From Mantamonas sphyraenae STR306 (Eukaryota > Protista > CRuMs), in NCBI GenBank assembly GCA_026936335.1, contig JAPMXV010000063.1, positions 124,001-188,000 of the forward strand: a stretch of 64,000 bases of DNA, read 5' to 3'. Under the pieces are notes generated by a model, which worked only from the letters and a program-made list of their open reading frames with translations, was not told the origin of the DNA and searched no databases. This document shows, piece after piece, positions 10,644 to 20,817 of this stretch. Both the position numbers and the translations under genes were made by a program. Within the stretch, counting starts at the first letter, position 1; each line of letters begins with the position of its first letter.

Positions 10644-12865
10644 ATGCGCAAATCGATCGTTGCACTGCTGGTCATTTTGGGACTGATGATGGCACATGCC
10701 ATTGCCGCAGAAGAGGAGGCCAAGGAGGCCGCTGGAGCCGAGACCAAGGAAGAGGAGGGAGAAATCCCCTCTGACGCGGAGGACGGCGAGGAGGGAGCCT
10801 CGGGCGAGGAGGGCATCTCGGATGCCGAAGACGACAAGGAGGCTGGCTCCGACGAGGAAGAAGCAGGATTCTCGGACGAGGACGAGGAGGGTAAGCTTGT
10901 CAACGGGAGGGAGAACGTGGGCGGATTCCGTCGTTTGGGGCTCGCATTTCCGCTGACACGCTGCGATGGCTTGGTGTGCCACGATGGTGCACGTGTGCAT
11001 GTGCATACAATACACACAGGCATGAACTTCTCCGACGACGACGAGGAAGGCTTTGACGACGAGGAGGACGGTGAGTTTTGAGGCCGTTTGGGCGGCGTGG
11101 GAGCCGTAAAAAGGCCCTCCCACGTCATCGGCAGACACAGACACGGTTTTCTGCCTGCTGCATGCAAGCAGCGGTGCAAAGGCACATGCAGACGCGAGCG
11201 CAGTCATGTGCACGGGCGCGTGTACACATGACTGCGCAGCGGGTGGTGTGTGTGTGTGTGTGTGGCGCGATATGGGTGGGGCAAGAGAGTGGGAAAACGA
11301 TGCTGACGTGGAAATCACGCAAAAACACACGGAGAGCAGACTTTAGCGGAGACGTGGGCCTGGCCGACGGCGAGTTTGGCGACGAGGAGCAGGACGAGGA
11401 GCCTTGGGTGGACGATCCCAACTCCAAGGTGGTCAACGTGAACGGCACGGAGGCGTTTGAGAGCGCAACCAAGTCGGGCGTGGTGATGGCCGAGTTCTAC
11501 GCTCCGTGGTGCGGCTACTGCAAGCAGCTGCGCCCGCACTACGACGCAGCGGCGGCAGCTCTGGAGGGTAAGGTGACGTTCATCAAGGTGGACGCCACCC
11601 AGAACGAGGAGCTGGCGAACAAGCTGAACGTGGAGGGCTACCCGACGCTGATGGTGTACAACGAGGGCAAGAAGCAGGAGTACGACGGCCCCATGAACAA
11701 GGAGGGGATGGTGTTCTACCTGAACCGCCTGAACGAGCCGGACGTGACGGACATCGACAGCGTGGATGCGTTCAACGCGTTCAAGGAGGCCAACAAGTTT
11801 GTGGTTGTGTCGACGCACAGCGCCGAGAGCGAGGAGGGCAAGGCCTTTGCCGATGCCGCCAAGGAACTGCGTTCGCGCTACGCGTTGGCTCGCGTGGTGG
11901 ACGCAGGCGTGCAGAGCGCACTGAAGCTGAACGCAGGCAAGGTTGCGGTGCGCAGCGCCGAGGACGCCGAGCAGGTGAGCGAGTACGAAGGCGAGAAGCT
12001 GGACGCGGAGAACCTGGGCAAGTTTATCAGCGTGGCGAGCACGCCGCTGGTGATTGACTTTGAGGCAGACAACGGCGACGGACTGGCCAACCTGGACGAG
12101 AACACGCCGCTGCTGTTTGCGTTTGTGCCCAAGGACGACGAGACCATGGCTGCGCTGACCAAGGCGGTGGCCAAGCAGTTCAAGGGCAAGCTGTACGTGG
12201 CGACTGCCTCGTCGAGCAACTCGGAGCTGCAGGAGCAGCTGGACATGAAGGATTCCGGGGCGCAGTTTGCACTGATCCCCACCAGCGGACGCTTCCTGTT
12301 CCCCACCAAGCAGGGTGGCGAGACGGTGAGCGAGGCCACAGTCAAGGCGTGGCTGGAGGACTTTTTCGCAGGCAAGCTCAAGCCGACGGTGAAGAGCGAG
12401 CCTGTGCCCACGGAGCAGACCAGCGACTCGTACAAGCTGGTGGCCGACTCGTTTGAGGAGGAGGCTCGCAAGTCGCCGAAGGACGTGCTTGTGTTCTTCC
12501 ACCTGCCGTGGTGCGGCTACTGCAAGAAGATGCGCCCCACGTACATGAAGCTGGCGGAGGCGTTCAAGGGTGTGGAGAACATCCGCATTGCCGACATGGA
12601 CGGCGACGCCAACGACGTCGACCCCGAGCTGGGCATCGAGGGCTTCCCCACAGTGATCCTCTTCAAGAAGGACGGCACTCACGTGACGTTTGAGGGCAAG
12701 CGCTCGCTGATTTCGCTGGCCAAGTTTGTCAAGGACAACGCAGGCAACGAGTTTGAGATGCCCGCCGAGATCCAAAAGGTCATCGACGAAAAGGCTGCCA
12801 AGGCCGCCAAGGGTGACGCCAAGGTTGGCGAGAGCCTCAAGGCTGAGCAGGCCAACGTTGCGTGA
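10644..12865 (+). CDS. PDI: Protein disulfide isomerase (a-b-b'-a') with signal peptide and acidic N-terminal extension; two introns (~10891-11020, ~11071-11339)
   Basis: Signal peptide MRKSIVALLVILGLMMAHA, followed by EFYAPWCGYCK and FFHLPWCGYCK thioredoxin motifs and GYPT/GFPT cis-Pro loops. Confidence 0.9.
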
Positions 12866-12987
12866 TGAGGACGACGACCACCAACACACCATGGAACAAA
12901 AACGACTTTTGCCACCTTTCCAATTTTTTCTCCTGAACGGGATGGGTTTGCGCGGATGGGTGCAAACCAGAGAAACGCAAGGGAAGC

Positions 12988-14424
12988 ATGGATGGGAAAC
13001 AAGGGATTGTAGAGATGGAGGCCGAGGTTGTGAAAGGTGACAGCAGGGGGGAAGAGGGCGGCACGGTTGTGCGACGGCCTGGAAGCCGTGGAGCGTTGAG
13101 GTCGACGACGGGCGTGTCTGTGCGTTCGATGCGCACGGGGGAGCAGAAACACATGGAAGTGCCGTGGGCGGTGGCAGCGACAGATATGATGCTGGCAGCG
13201 GTGCCACTGTTGCGCAAGGAGGGGGACTTTTGTGTGGTCAACTTGCGCGGGAATTGGAACGTTCGCGTGGTGTATGCGCTGTTGGTGCAGGTGTTGACTG
13301 TGGTGCGGTTTGTGACGTATCTTGTGTCTGCACTGACGTCGCAAGTGGACTTGGGTCTGAGTGTGACGATGGTGGTGGTGATTCTCGGGTGGCACGGAAT
13401 GACGTCGGTGCTGCTCCTGCTGTACTATCACATGGTGCCAGCGGACTGGTTCTTGAAGCTGTACCACCAATTGGTGCACGAGGGCACGTCTGTGGAGGCA
13501 CACAAGCTGTCGTCGGAACTGGAGGAGGAGGACGTGGACCTTCAGATGGAAACGCAACAACGGTTATCTGGCGAGGTGACGTGGACGACGGCCGTGACCA
13601 TGTTGCTCATTGTGGCGTTTATGCTGACCAACACCATCCTGACGATCCAACTGGGGGGAGCGTACGTGCAGCGTCTGTTGGTGCCTGCGTCGGAAAACCT
13701 GATTTTTGACGCGATCCTGGGGACGATGGGCGGCGACGCAGGACTGATCCAAGCCGACTTTGTGATGTGGATGTGGAACACGGCGGTGTGGGTGGGCACG
13801 ACGCTGTGCATCATCATGCCGTCGCTTGCGCTGACAAACCGACTGCAACGGCTGCACCACAAGGTCCGGTCGTGGGATCGCATGACGCTTGCACGTGTGC
13901 AATATGTGAGCACAAACCATGTGTTGACGTGCAGAGACATCGAAACGGTCAACAGTTGGTTCTCGGTGACGTTTGGCATTTTCACGTCGATGACCGCGTT
14001 TCTGATTGTGCTGCTGCTGAACCGGTTGTCCATGGCCGAGCCCTCTCCGTTCTCCGTGTACTTTTGGTTGTCGGGCAACATCATCACGCTGTTTTCGCAG
14101 CTTTTGGCAGCTGGACGGATGCATAGCAAGAGCATCCGGCTGTCCGAGGCCGTTGCGCTGCATCATCACGTGCCCGCCGACTCGTCGTTGTCTGTGGGCC
14201 GCATGGTGCACGCTGCCGCTGCGCAGTTGAATGCCGTGGACTCTGTGGCTTCGGAGGACCACCGGTTTCCCAGCGAGGCGCAGATGTCCGGTTTGCTGCA
14301 AGGGATCAACCAAAGGCCCACGGGTGTGAAGCTGTTTTCTGGGTTGACAGTCACCACACGGTTGGTCAGCGAGATTTCGTCGATCACCTTTACCCTGTTC
14401 CTGTTTGCGGCCCAACTGAACTGA
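12988..14424 (+). CDS. Multi-pass membrane protein, gustatory-receptor-like (7TMIC/GRL) candidate 2
   Basis: About 7 TM segments, loop 'HVLTCRDIETVNSWFS', and C-terminus 'NQRPTGVKLFSGLTVTTRLVSEISSITFTLFLFAAQLN' resembling the TY.....QF motif of GR/GRL TM7. Shares layout and motifs with 6047..7258. Confidence 0.62.
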   Translation: MDGKQGIVEMEAEVVKGDSRGEEGGTVVRRPGSRGALRSTTGVSVRSMRTGEQKHMEVPWAVAATDMMLAAVPLLRKEGDFCVVNLRGNWNVRVVYALLVQVLTVVRFVTYLVSALTSQVDLGLSVTMVVVILGWHGMTSVLLLLYYHMVPADWFLKLYHQLVHEGTSVEAHKLSSELEEEDVDLQMETQQRLSGEVTWTTAVTMLLIVAFMLTNTILTIQLGGAYVQRLLVPASENLIFDAILGTMGGDAGLIQADFVMWMWNTAVWVGTTLCIIMPSLALTNRLQRLHHKVRSWDRMTLARVQYVSTNHVLTCRDIETVNSWFSVTFGIFTSMTAFLIVLLLNRLSMAEPSPFSVYFWLSGNIITLFSQLLAAGRMHSKSIRLSEAVALHHHVPADSSLSVGRMVHAAAAQLNAVDSVASEDHRFPSEAQMSGLLQGINQRPTGVKLFSGLTVTTRLVSEISSITFTLFLFAAQLN

Positions 14425-14451
14425 AGGAATGGAGAGTTTCAACCCAGTTTT

Positions 14452-16308
14452 CTACTCAGTGTGAGAACGCACGCGCTCCCCGCCACGCCTCACCAGCCAG
14501 CCGATCACTCGTTCCATCACTTCGTCTGGGACGGTGCTCCACAGGGCAGAAGTTGAGTATGACTCCATGCCGCCCGCGAGGAACATGCGGTCTCGTTCCG
14601 TGCTGTTCATCAACAGTGCCGTTTCCAGGATCAGATCAAGCGTGGAATCATGCACACAGTGAAGATTGGTCGTCCATGGTTGCAAGAGCAAACTTGAGGG
14701 CACATCTGCGCCACGAGCGATCAGGGTTTGCGCGATCCGCCACGCTCTCGCTTCCACAGCGGCCTGAACGGGTGTCACCGGTGCTGTCGGGTGGGGAGAA
14801 TCTACGGAAATGGATGCATCTGGATGCACACCCTTGTCCAAAAGGCTCACTACTGAGATCAAGTCGTCCTCGGCGATGGCTGTGTGGAGATCTTCAACCA
14901 GCTTGTTGTTGCGCTTGTGGATTGGGCTCAGAGAATCCACGTACGATTTTCGCAGCGTGTAGTTTGCGGCTGCCGCTGCCTTCAGGGTTGCCAGTGCTGC
15001 TTCATCGCCATCAAACAAGCGCGAACCTACGATGAAGGACATCAGAGACCGATTGTTGGCCAGTACATCGGCCACCGCATCCACAGACTCGACGGTGCAT
15101 TCTTTGCCAACCAACCGCACACTGTGCATGGTCGTGTTTTCCAGCAAGATCGTGCAGACGGCGCGCAACCCAATGTCGCCGAATGGATTTCCCTCCAGCG
15201 ACAACGAGCGCAATGTTGTGTTTGTGGCGAGAACGGCTGCAAGATCGCTCACTCCCTGATCACTGATGCGATTGCGGGCCAGAGTGATGTGTTTCAGCGT
15301 GTTGTTCTGAGCAAGGCCCTTGGCGACGAGTTCGGCTCCTTCGTCCCCGATGCGATTGTTGTCGAAATACAGTGCCGTCAGTGTGGTGTTTGCTGTCAGG
15401 GTGTCGCGCAGCGAAAGGCATGCGTCCATTTTTGCGCCGTTTTCGCTCAGATTCAGGGTTTGAAGGCCGCAGTTCCTCTTCAAGCTGTCCAACAGGTGAA
15501 CTACCGACTCCCAACCCACCTCATTGCATTGGATGTCCAAGCTGCGCAAGGTGTGGTTGACGCGCAACATCAATCCAAGCTCTCCGGCGGCTGGCAGCCC
15601 AGTGAAGCAGAATGGCAGTTTCAGCTCACTCAGCGTCGTGTTTGTCTGCAGTCCGCGTGCAATATGCATCACCCCATCGTAACCGACAGAGCCGTTGCCC
15701 CACAGATCGAGCCTGCACAAGGTGTTGTTGCACGCAAGAGCCTTTCCAAGTGCTTCTCCGCCGGCCTCGGCGATCTGGCCATCGGTGACCGTCAGCTCCT
15801 GCAAGCTAGTGTTTGTAGCAAGTGCATGTGCAAGTAGCGTTGCACCCTCGTCGCCGAGGGGAACGCCATAGAGCCCCATTTTGCGCAGGCAGGAGCTTGT
15901 GGACGAGACCATGGACACCATGGCGTCGAGCTCGCCCTTGGAGGGCTCCCAAAACTCCATGCAGAACTCCCTCAGCGTCCCATTGCTTGCCAGGGCCTCC
16001 ATAAAGGTCTGCAGCTGCCCTTCAGGTGCTGACATGTGCTTGATGCGCACAGAATCGAGTTGCACGTTTTCTTTGGCGATAGTACACGCGAGATCTGCGA
16101 GGACGGAGCCTGTAAAATCGATTCCGTATGTGTCGATGGCGATGCTGGGAGCATATGCAATGTAGTACTGGAGCTCGCTGGGCTCGTCGACCAAGTAGTT
16201 CAACGGCAGCTCGCCACCCGATTCCTCCAGACTCTCCCGAACGCACTCACGCCAATACTCTTCCTCCTCTTCACTCAACTGATCCACAGGTGGATTGATT
16301 TCATCCAT
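14452..16308 (-). CDS. RNI-like leucine-rich-repeat protein (NLRC3-like LRRs) with C-terminal ankyrin-like and F-box-like segments
   Basis: Repeated 28-aa units 'L..NTTL..L.L..N.IGDEGA..LA'; 'VVSLLDKGVHPD...TPVQAAVEARAWRIAQTLIARGADV' is ankyrin-like; 'LWSTVPDEVMERVIGWL' is F-box-like. Confidence 0.82.
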   Translation of the reverse strand: MDEINPPVDQLSEEEEEYWRECVRESLEESGGELPLNYLVDEPSELQYYIAYAPSIAIDTYGIDFTGSVLADLACTIAKENVQLDSVRIKHMSAPEGQLQTFMEALASNGTLREFCMEFWEPSKGELDAMVSMVSSTSSCLRKMGLYGVPLGDEGATLLAHALATNTSLQELTVTDGQIAEAGGEALGKALACNNTLCRLDLWGNGSVGYDGVMHIARGLQTNTTLSELKLPFCFTGLPAAGELGLMLRVNHTLRSLDIQCNEVGWESVVHLLDSLKRNCGLQTLNLSENGAKMDACLSLRDTLTANTTLTALYFDNNRIGDEGAELVAKGLAQNNTLKHITLARNRISDQGVSDLAAVLATNTTLRSLSLEGNPFGDIGLRAVCTILLENTTMHSVRLVGKECTVESVDAVADVLANNRSLMSFIVGSRLFDGDEAALATLKAAAAANYTLRKSYVDSLSPIHKRNNKLVEDLHTAIAEDDLISVVSLLDKGVHPDASISVDSPHPTAPVTPVQAAVEARAWRIAQTLIARGADVPSSLLLQPWTTNLHCVHDSTLDLILETALLMNSTERDRMFLAGGMESYSTSALWSTVPDEVMERVIGWLVRRGGERVRSHTE

Positions 16309-16451
16309 GGGTGCTTTGTTTTGCTTTGGTGTGTGTGTGTGTGTTTGTGTGTGGGGTTGGTTTCACGGGCGCAACTCATCCATCTCCTCATCTCCTCAAC
16401 GTCTCACTGCATCTCCATGCGTTGTTGCTCCCCCCCCCCCGGACTTCATTC

Positions 16452-19400
16452 TCAAAGTGACGGCTTCTGCACAGTGTCTCCGTTGCCATGATTCTTGTTG
16501 AAACCGTGTCCATGGCCGCCCGCGTCGCCGGCCTGGGACCCAGCTTCAGCCTGCGCGTGCTGAGCGGCTGCATTCTGCGCCGCAATGGTGTTGGTCATCG
16601 TCAACCCGGGTCGAATGAGCAGCTGTTCGGGGTCGCTGTTGTCAAAGATGTCGCTCATGTGCAGCCTGTCTCGCACGCGCACGTCATCGTACACCTGCTG
16701 TGCCGAATACATGTGCCTCCATGGGTGGTTCTTACTCCAGTAGCGCGAGCGGGGTGTTTCGTTGTCCACAGAGCCCGTGGAGGAGGAGGCCAGGTTGAGC
16801 AACGACATGTTGGCCACGCAGGCATTCATGTGCAACATCGTCGAGTTGATCGAGTCGTGCTCGTGCGTCGGTGCACGTTCGCTCAGGTAAAAGGTACGAA
16901 GGACCACAGCCATACGCGAGTGTTCCAGGGCATCGGCGTAGCAGCCCAAGACAAACAGCTGGCCGGACAGCCACGCCAAGATCTCCGGCAGCTCCTGCAG
17001 CATGTCGCAGCAGCGCAATGAGCGATGCAGTTGCATCAGTGCCCACACGGCACCCACAGCAATGTCCACTGCCCCTTGCGACACTTCCATGGTGATGCGT
17101 CCGCGCAGCTCACGCACGGCTTGATAGCGCGAGATGGGACGGCGGTTGTGCATCACAAACAGCTCTGCCTCGCCACGCAGCACCCACCACTGCGGCCGCT
17201 GCGCCTCAAATGCAAGTGTGGCCAGAGTGGACAGGATGTGCGAGATCAGGTAGCTGCGATGGCTCATGTCCACGCCGCGTGAGATCCACACGTCCCGCGC
17301 TCGCTCCAGAATGGCAAACGCCTTGGGACGCATGTCACTGTCGTGCATCAACGTGGTGGCCAGCTGATACGCAGCCGCAAAGTATGCGGTTGTTTCCACG
17401 CCCTGCAGACGCATCACTGCACGCAACACATCCGAGTACAGGTCCACGGCCGTTGCCACGTCGCCCATGCGCAAGCATGCGTCAGCATACGTCTCTACCA
17501 GGCTCTGAAGACGCAGCACGCGCTTGCGGTACGCATGCCTGGCCTCTTTCACAGCCTGCCTGCCAATGACCACCGGCGGCGCCATCCACGTCCGCGGCTC
17601 GGGCTGTCCCCCCAACAACACAATCATGCGTTGCGTCCACACACGCAACTCCTTCCATGCCTCTGTGGTGCCAATCTGCCTCAGTGTCTCCTTGTGCACC
17701 GCGTATGCCTCGCGTGTGCGTGCCACAAGCACCTCAGTGCTGGTGTGGCCCGTCGTCGTCGAGGATGACGGGCGGGCACCCGTTTCGACCAGTGTAAACA
17801 GCACATCCAATGCCATCGCACTGAGACGACGTGCCCGTCGCCTGCGGCCCTGCTCGCGATACACGGCGGAGACGTCGACCCATGCGGTGGCCACATGGAC
17901 GTCCATGTGGTGCTCCACACACCTCGACACAATGTCTGCCTCCTCCTGGGCCATGCTCAACAGCTGCGACGCCGTGCGGTGGCCATTCAGTCCCAGACTT
18001 GACGATGACTCACGCAGAAGCCACGTCATTTCCTGCAGGATGCAATGGTGCAGCGATGTTGCCCACTGCAGGCTCTGCGACCGCCCTGCGCCCACAAGCC
18101 TCTCCTGTGTGCGCAGCAGTGCCTCAAACGACGTCCGGTCGCAACGTGCCCGTTGAAAGTACAACAGTTGGTTGCCCAGCACCGCCAAGGCGCTGGACGG
18201 AGGCAACCGGGTCACCTGGTCGCCATCGTTGTCATCGGCCTGTTCCACTTCCTCTGCAGTCGACGGCGCCGGTTCGTACAGGCTTTCCCGCGCAGCCAGG
18301 TAGTAATGGTGACAGTGTGCAAACATGGCGCCTGTGAAGCCGTGCATGCTGGCGGTGCCATGGTGAAATACAAATTCGCGTTGAAGCGCCATCTGGGCGG
18401 CCACCACAAACGCGCGTGTGGGCTCGTGAGACGGACGATGGTGCAGCAGCGTGCTGTGCCACGTCGATGCGCTGTACATGAGAGTGCTGTGCACTGCCGT
18501 GCGTTTGAGCAAACCCACATCCTGGAGCAGCTTCACACACTGTGTGGTTTGTGCGCGCGTGCTCTCCTCCTCCTGGGGGCGCATGTAAAAGTGCACAAAC
18601 GACTCGAGCAGGCTGAAGGGGATGTTGTGGTGGTGCAGCCAACTGACAAAATCGGCCAGTGCCCACACGCCAGGCTGCTTCTCTTCCAACACATCCAGCA
18701 ACAGTGAAAGCACACACATGCACCACAAGTCCGCTTTGCGCATGACAGGCAAGGGCACACGCGCACACGCTCGCCGTGCGATCTGTTCAGAGCTGTTCCA
18801 CAGCTCGCTAAAGGCAAGCAGCTTGTCAAACAGCGTCGGCAGATGGAGGGTGTCGGGCGAATGCCGCACCAGCGCACCCAGCATCTGCGCCGTGTGTGGT
18901 GTGCCAAACACAGCCGCCAGTTCGTGGAGAAGGTTGAAGTTGTGCGGCTGCAGCAGGGTGTCGTTCATGCGGCCCGAGTGTTGCAGAAAGACCATCAGGA
19001 GCGCCGTGTTGTTCAGTGACAGCGACACACGGAAGCAGGCACGTCCGGCACTGACTGGAAACAGCTCGGGTGGCGACAGACCCATCAGCACCACGTGGCC
19101 ACGTGCCAAGGTGCGCAGCGGAGGAAACCATTCCAGAAGCGTGTGTTCGTCGGGCGCATCGTTGACCAGCAGCAGCCACGGCATGTCACTGCCCGGTCCA
19201 CGAGCACGGTACGCTGTGTTGAGATGCAGGAGGAGAGCACGCACAATCAGCTCCGTGTCGCCCTGCTGACACGCCAACAACGACGCGTGCTTGTGCTTCG
19301 GCGCCACTCCCAACGCCACCGCAAGGTCCAACAGACCCGCCGTCGCCGTGTGTTTTGTGCTTGCGTCCAGCCACCACACAAACTGTCGTCGTTGGCTCTG

Positions 19401-20745
19401 CGACAGTGCCGCATACGCAAACTCGGACAGAATGCTGTGCCTGCCACCGCCTCGACGTCCCCACACGTACGCCGACAACGCCGACGGCGCCAAGTGCTCA
19501 TCTTGCGCCCCTGTGCCACCATTGGCATCATTGCCGTCATTGCCATCACTGCCATCGTCCACATCCGTGTCCACGCCACGCTCCTCGTCCCATCGTCCCA
19601 GACGGCCCTGTTTGTGCAAGTAGCACCATTGCAGGACTGTGGACAGCGCATCTGTGCAGCCGTACTCCTCACGCAGTGCCACAAACTCTTTGTACATGTT
19701 TGCATACATGCGCCTGCGCACTTCCGTGGACCTGTCCCTGCGCGTACGGTGTGGCAGACGCGGCAGTTGCGAACGCGCCGTGTGCAGCTGCGTCACCTCG
19801 TGCAGCGACGCCAACACACGATCCAATGGGGCGTCTCGGATGCCCACCAGACCCATGCGAGGAGCAGGCGGCAAGTTGAAGTGGCCCTGCACACGCGGCT
19901 GCCGCAGCATCTGCAAACTCGTCACGTCGGTCGACGCCCAGTGCATCATCAGCGGGGCGTCGCGAAAGTTGCGCGGCAGACGGGAACAGGCGTAGGCAAA
20001 GGCAGCGTCCAGGGTGTGGGTGTGGAACACACACGCATACAGGGCGTGGGTGAACAGCAGCTGTACCGTCGCCGGGGTGTCGTCGTGGAAGCCAATGACA
20101 GTGGGCACACATCGACTGAACTGGTACACCAGTCGTTCGTGGTGTTGTCCGGTGAGCACCAGACATTGGATGCCACAATGCTGCAGCTTGGCGTCCTGCG
20201 ACTTGTCCAGCAACTCCTGCACGTCCGCCACGCTCACCTGCGACAGGTCGTGCATAATCAGATTCTTGCGGCTGCTGCTCACGTCCATATGGTCCAAATG
20301 GACCATGGACGGCGGTAGCTGGCGCAGTTTGGCCAGTAGCCGCGGTACATCGAAGCAGTTTGTGTGCGACACCAAAATGCGATTCCGGTACCACGCCTCC
20401 CGTGAGCTGCGAGCCACTTCGATCACACTGTTGACACATGGATCCAATCTATACCACTCCCACGTCCAGTCCTTGTCATACAGCCGTCCCATCACCATCA
20501 CGTGCAGGTGGGACGCCGTCCGCGCTGGCGACTTGCTGCTTGCTCGCCCACGCACTTTCTCGCTGCTTGTTTCCTCCGTCCCTGCCAATGCCACGGCCAT
20601 GTCTGCACTGCGCTTGGCTGCCCGTCGATGTTCCGCCCTCGTCAGCCGGTCCCGTTCCTCTGCCTCCACGTACTCCCAGTACGGCGGGTCGTACAACCCA
20701 TCCCGCGGCACACTCGGCAGCTGCTCCATTGCCACAGACCGCACG
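16452..20745 (-). CDS. Degenerate CHAT (caspase-like)-STAND/NB-ARC NTPase-TPR protein; probably the 3' exon of a gene starting at 22803
   Basis: CHAT-like: 'PPSMVHLDH', 'CLVLTGQH...VPTVIGFHDDTP...LFTHALY...TLDAAFAYA'. NB-ARC-like: 'FNLPPAP..GLVGIRD', Walker A remnant 'VWGRRGGGRHS', 'FVWWLDAS', Walker B remnant 'WLLLVND', 'GHVVL'. TPR-like helices at the C-terminus ('YADACLRMGDVATAVDLYSDVL', 'LFVLGCYADALEHSRMAV'). Confidence 0.62.
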
Positions 20746-20817
20746 CTTGTGTCCCGGTACGTGTATGCTTCGTACACATGCGTCATTTGCGTCTGTATTC
20801 GTCGGGTTCGTTTGTGG

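Noticed and set aside
10400-11185. Long N-terminal extension of the 855-aa transporter ORF
   Set aside because: It is the antisense of the PDI 5' exons; the transporter most plausibly starts at MDTEHQ (10399).
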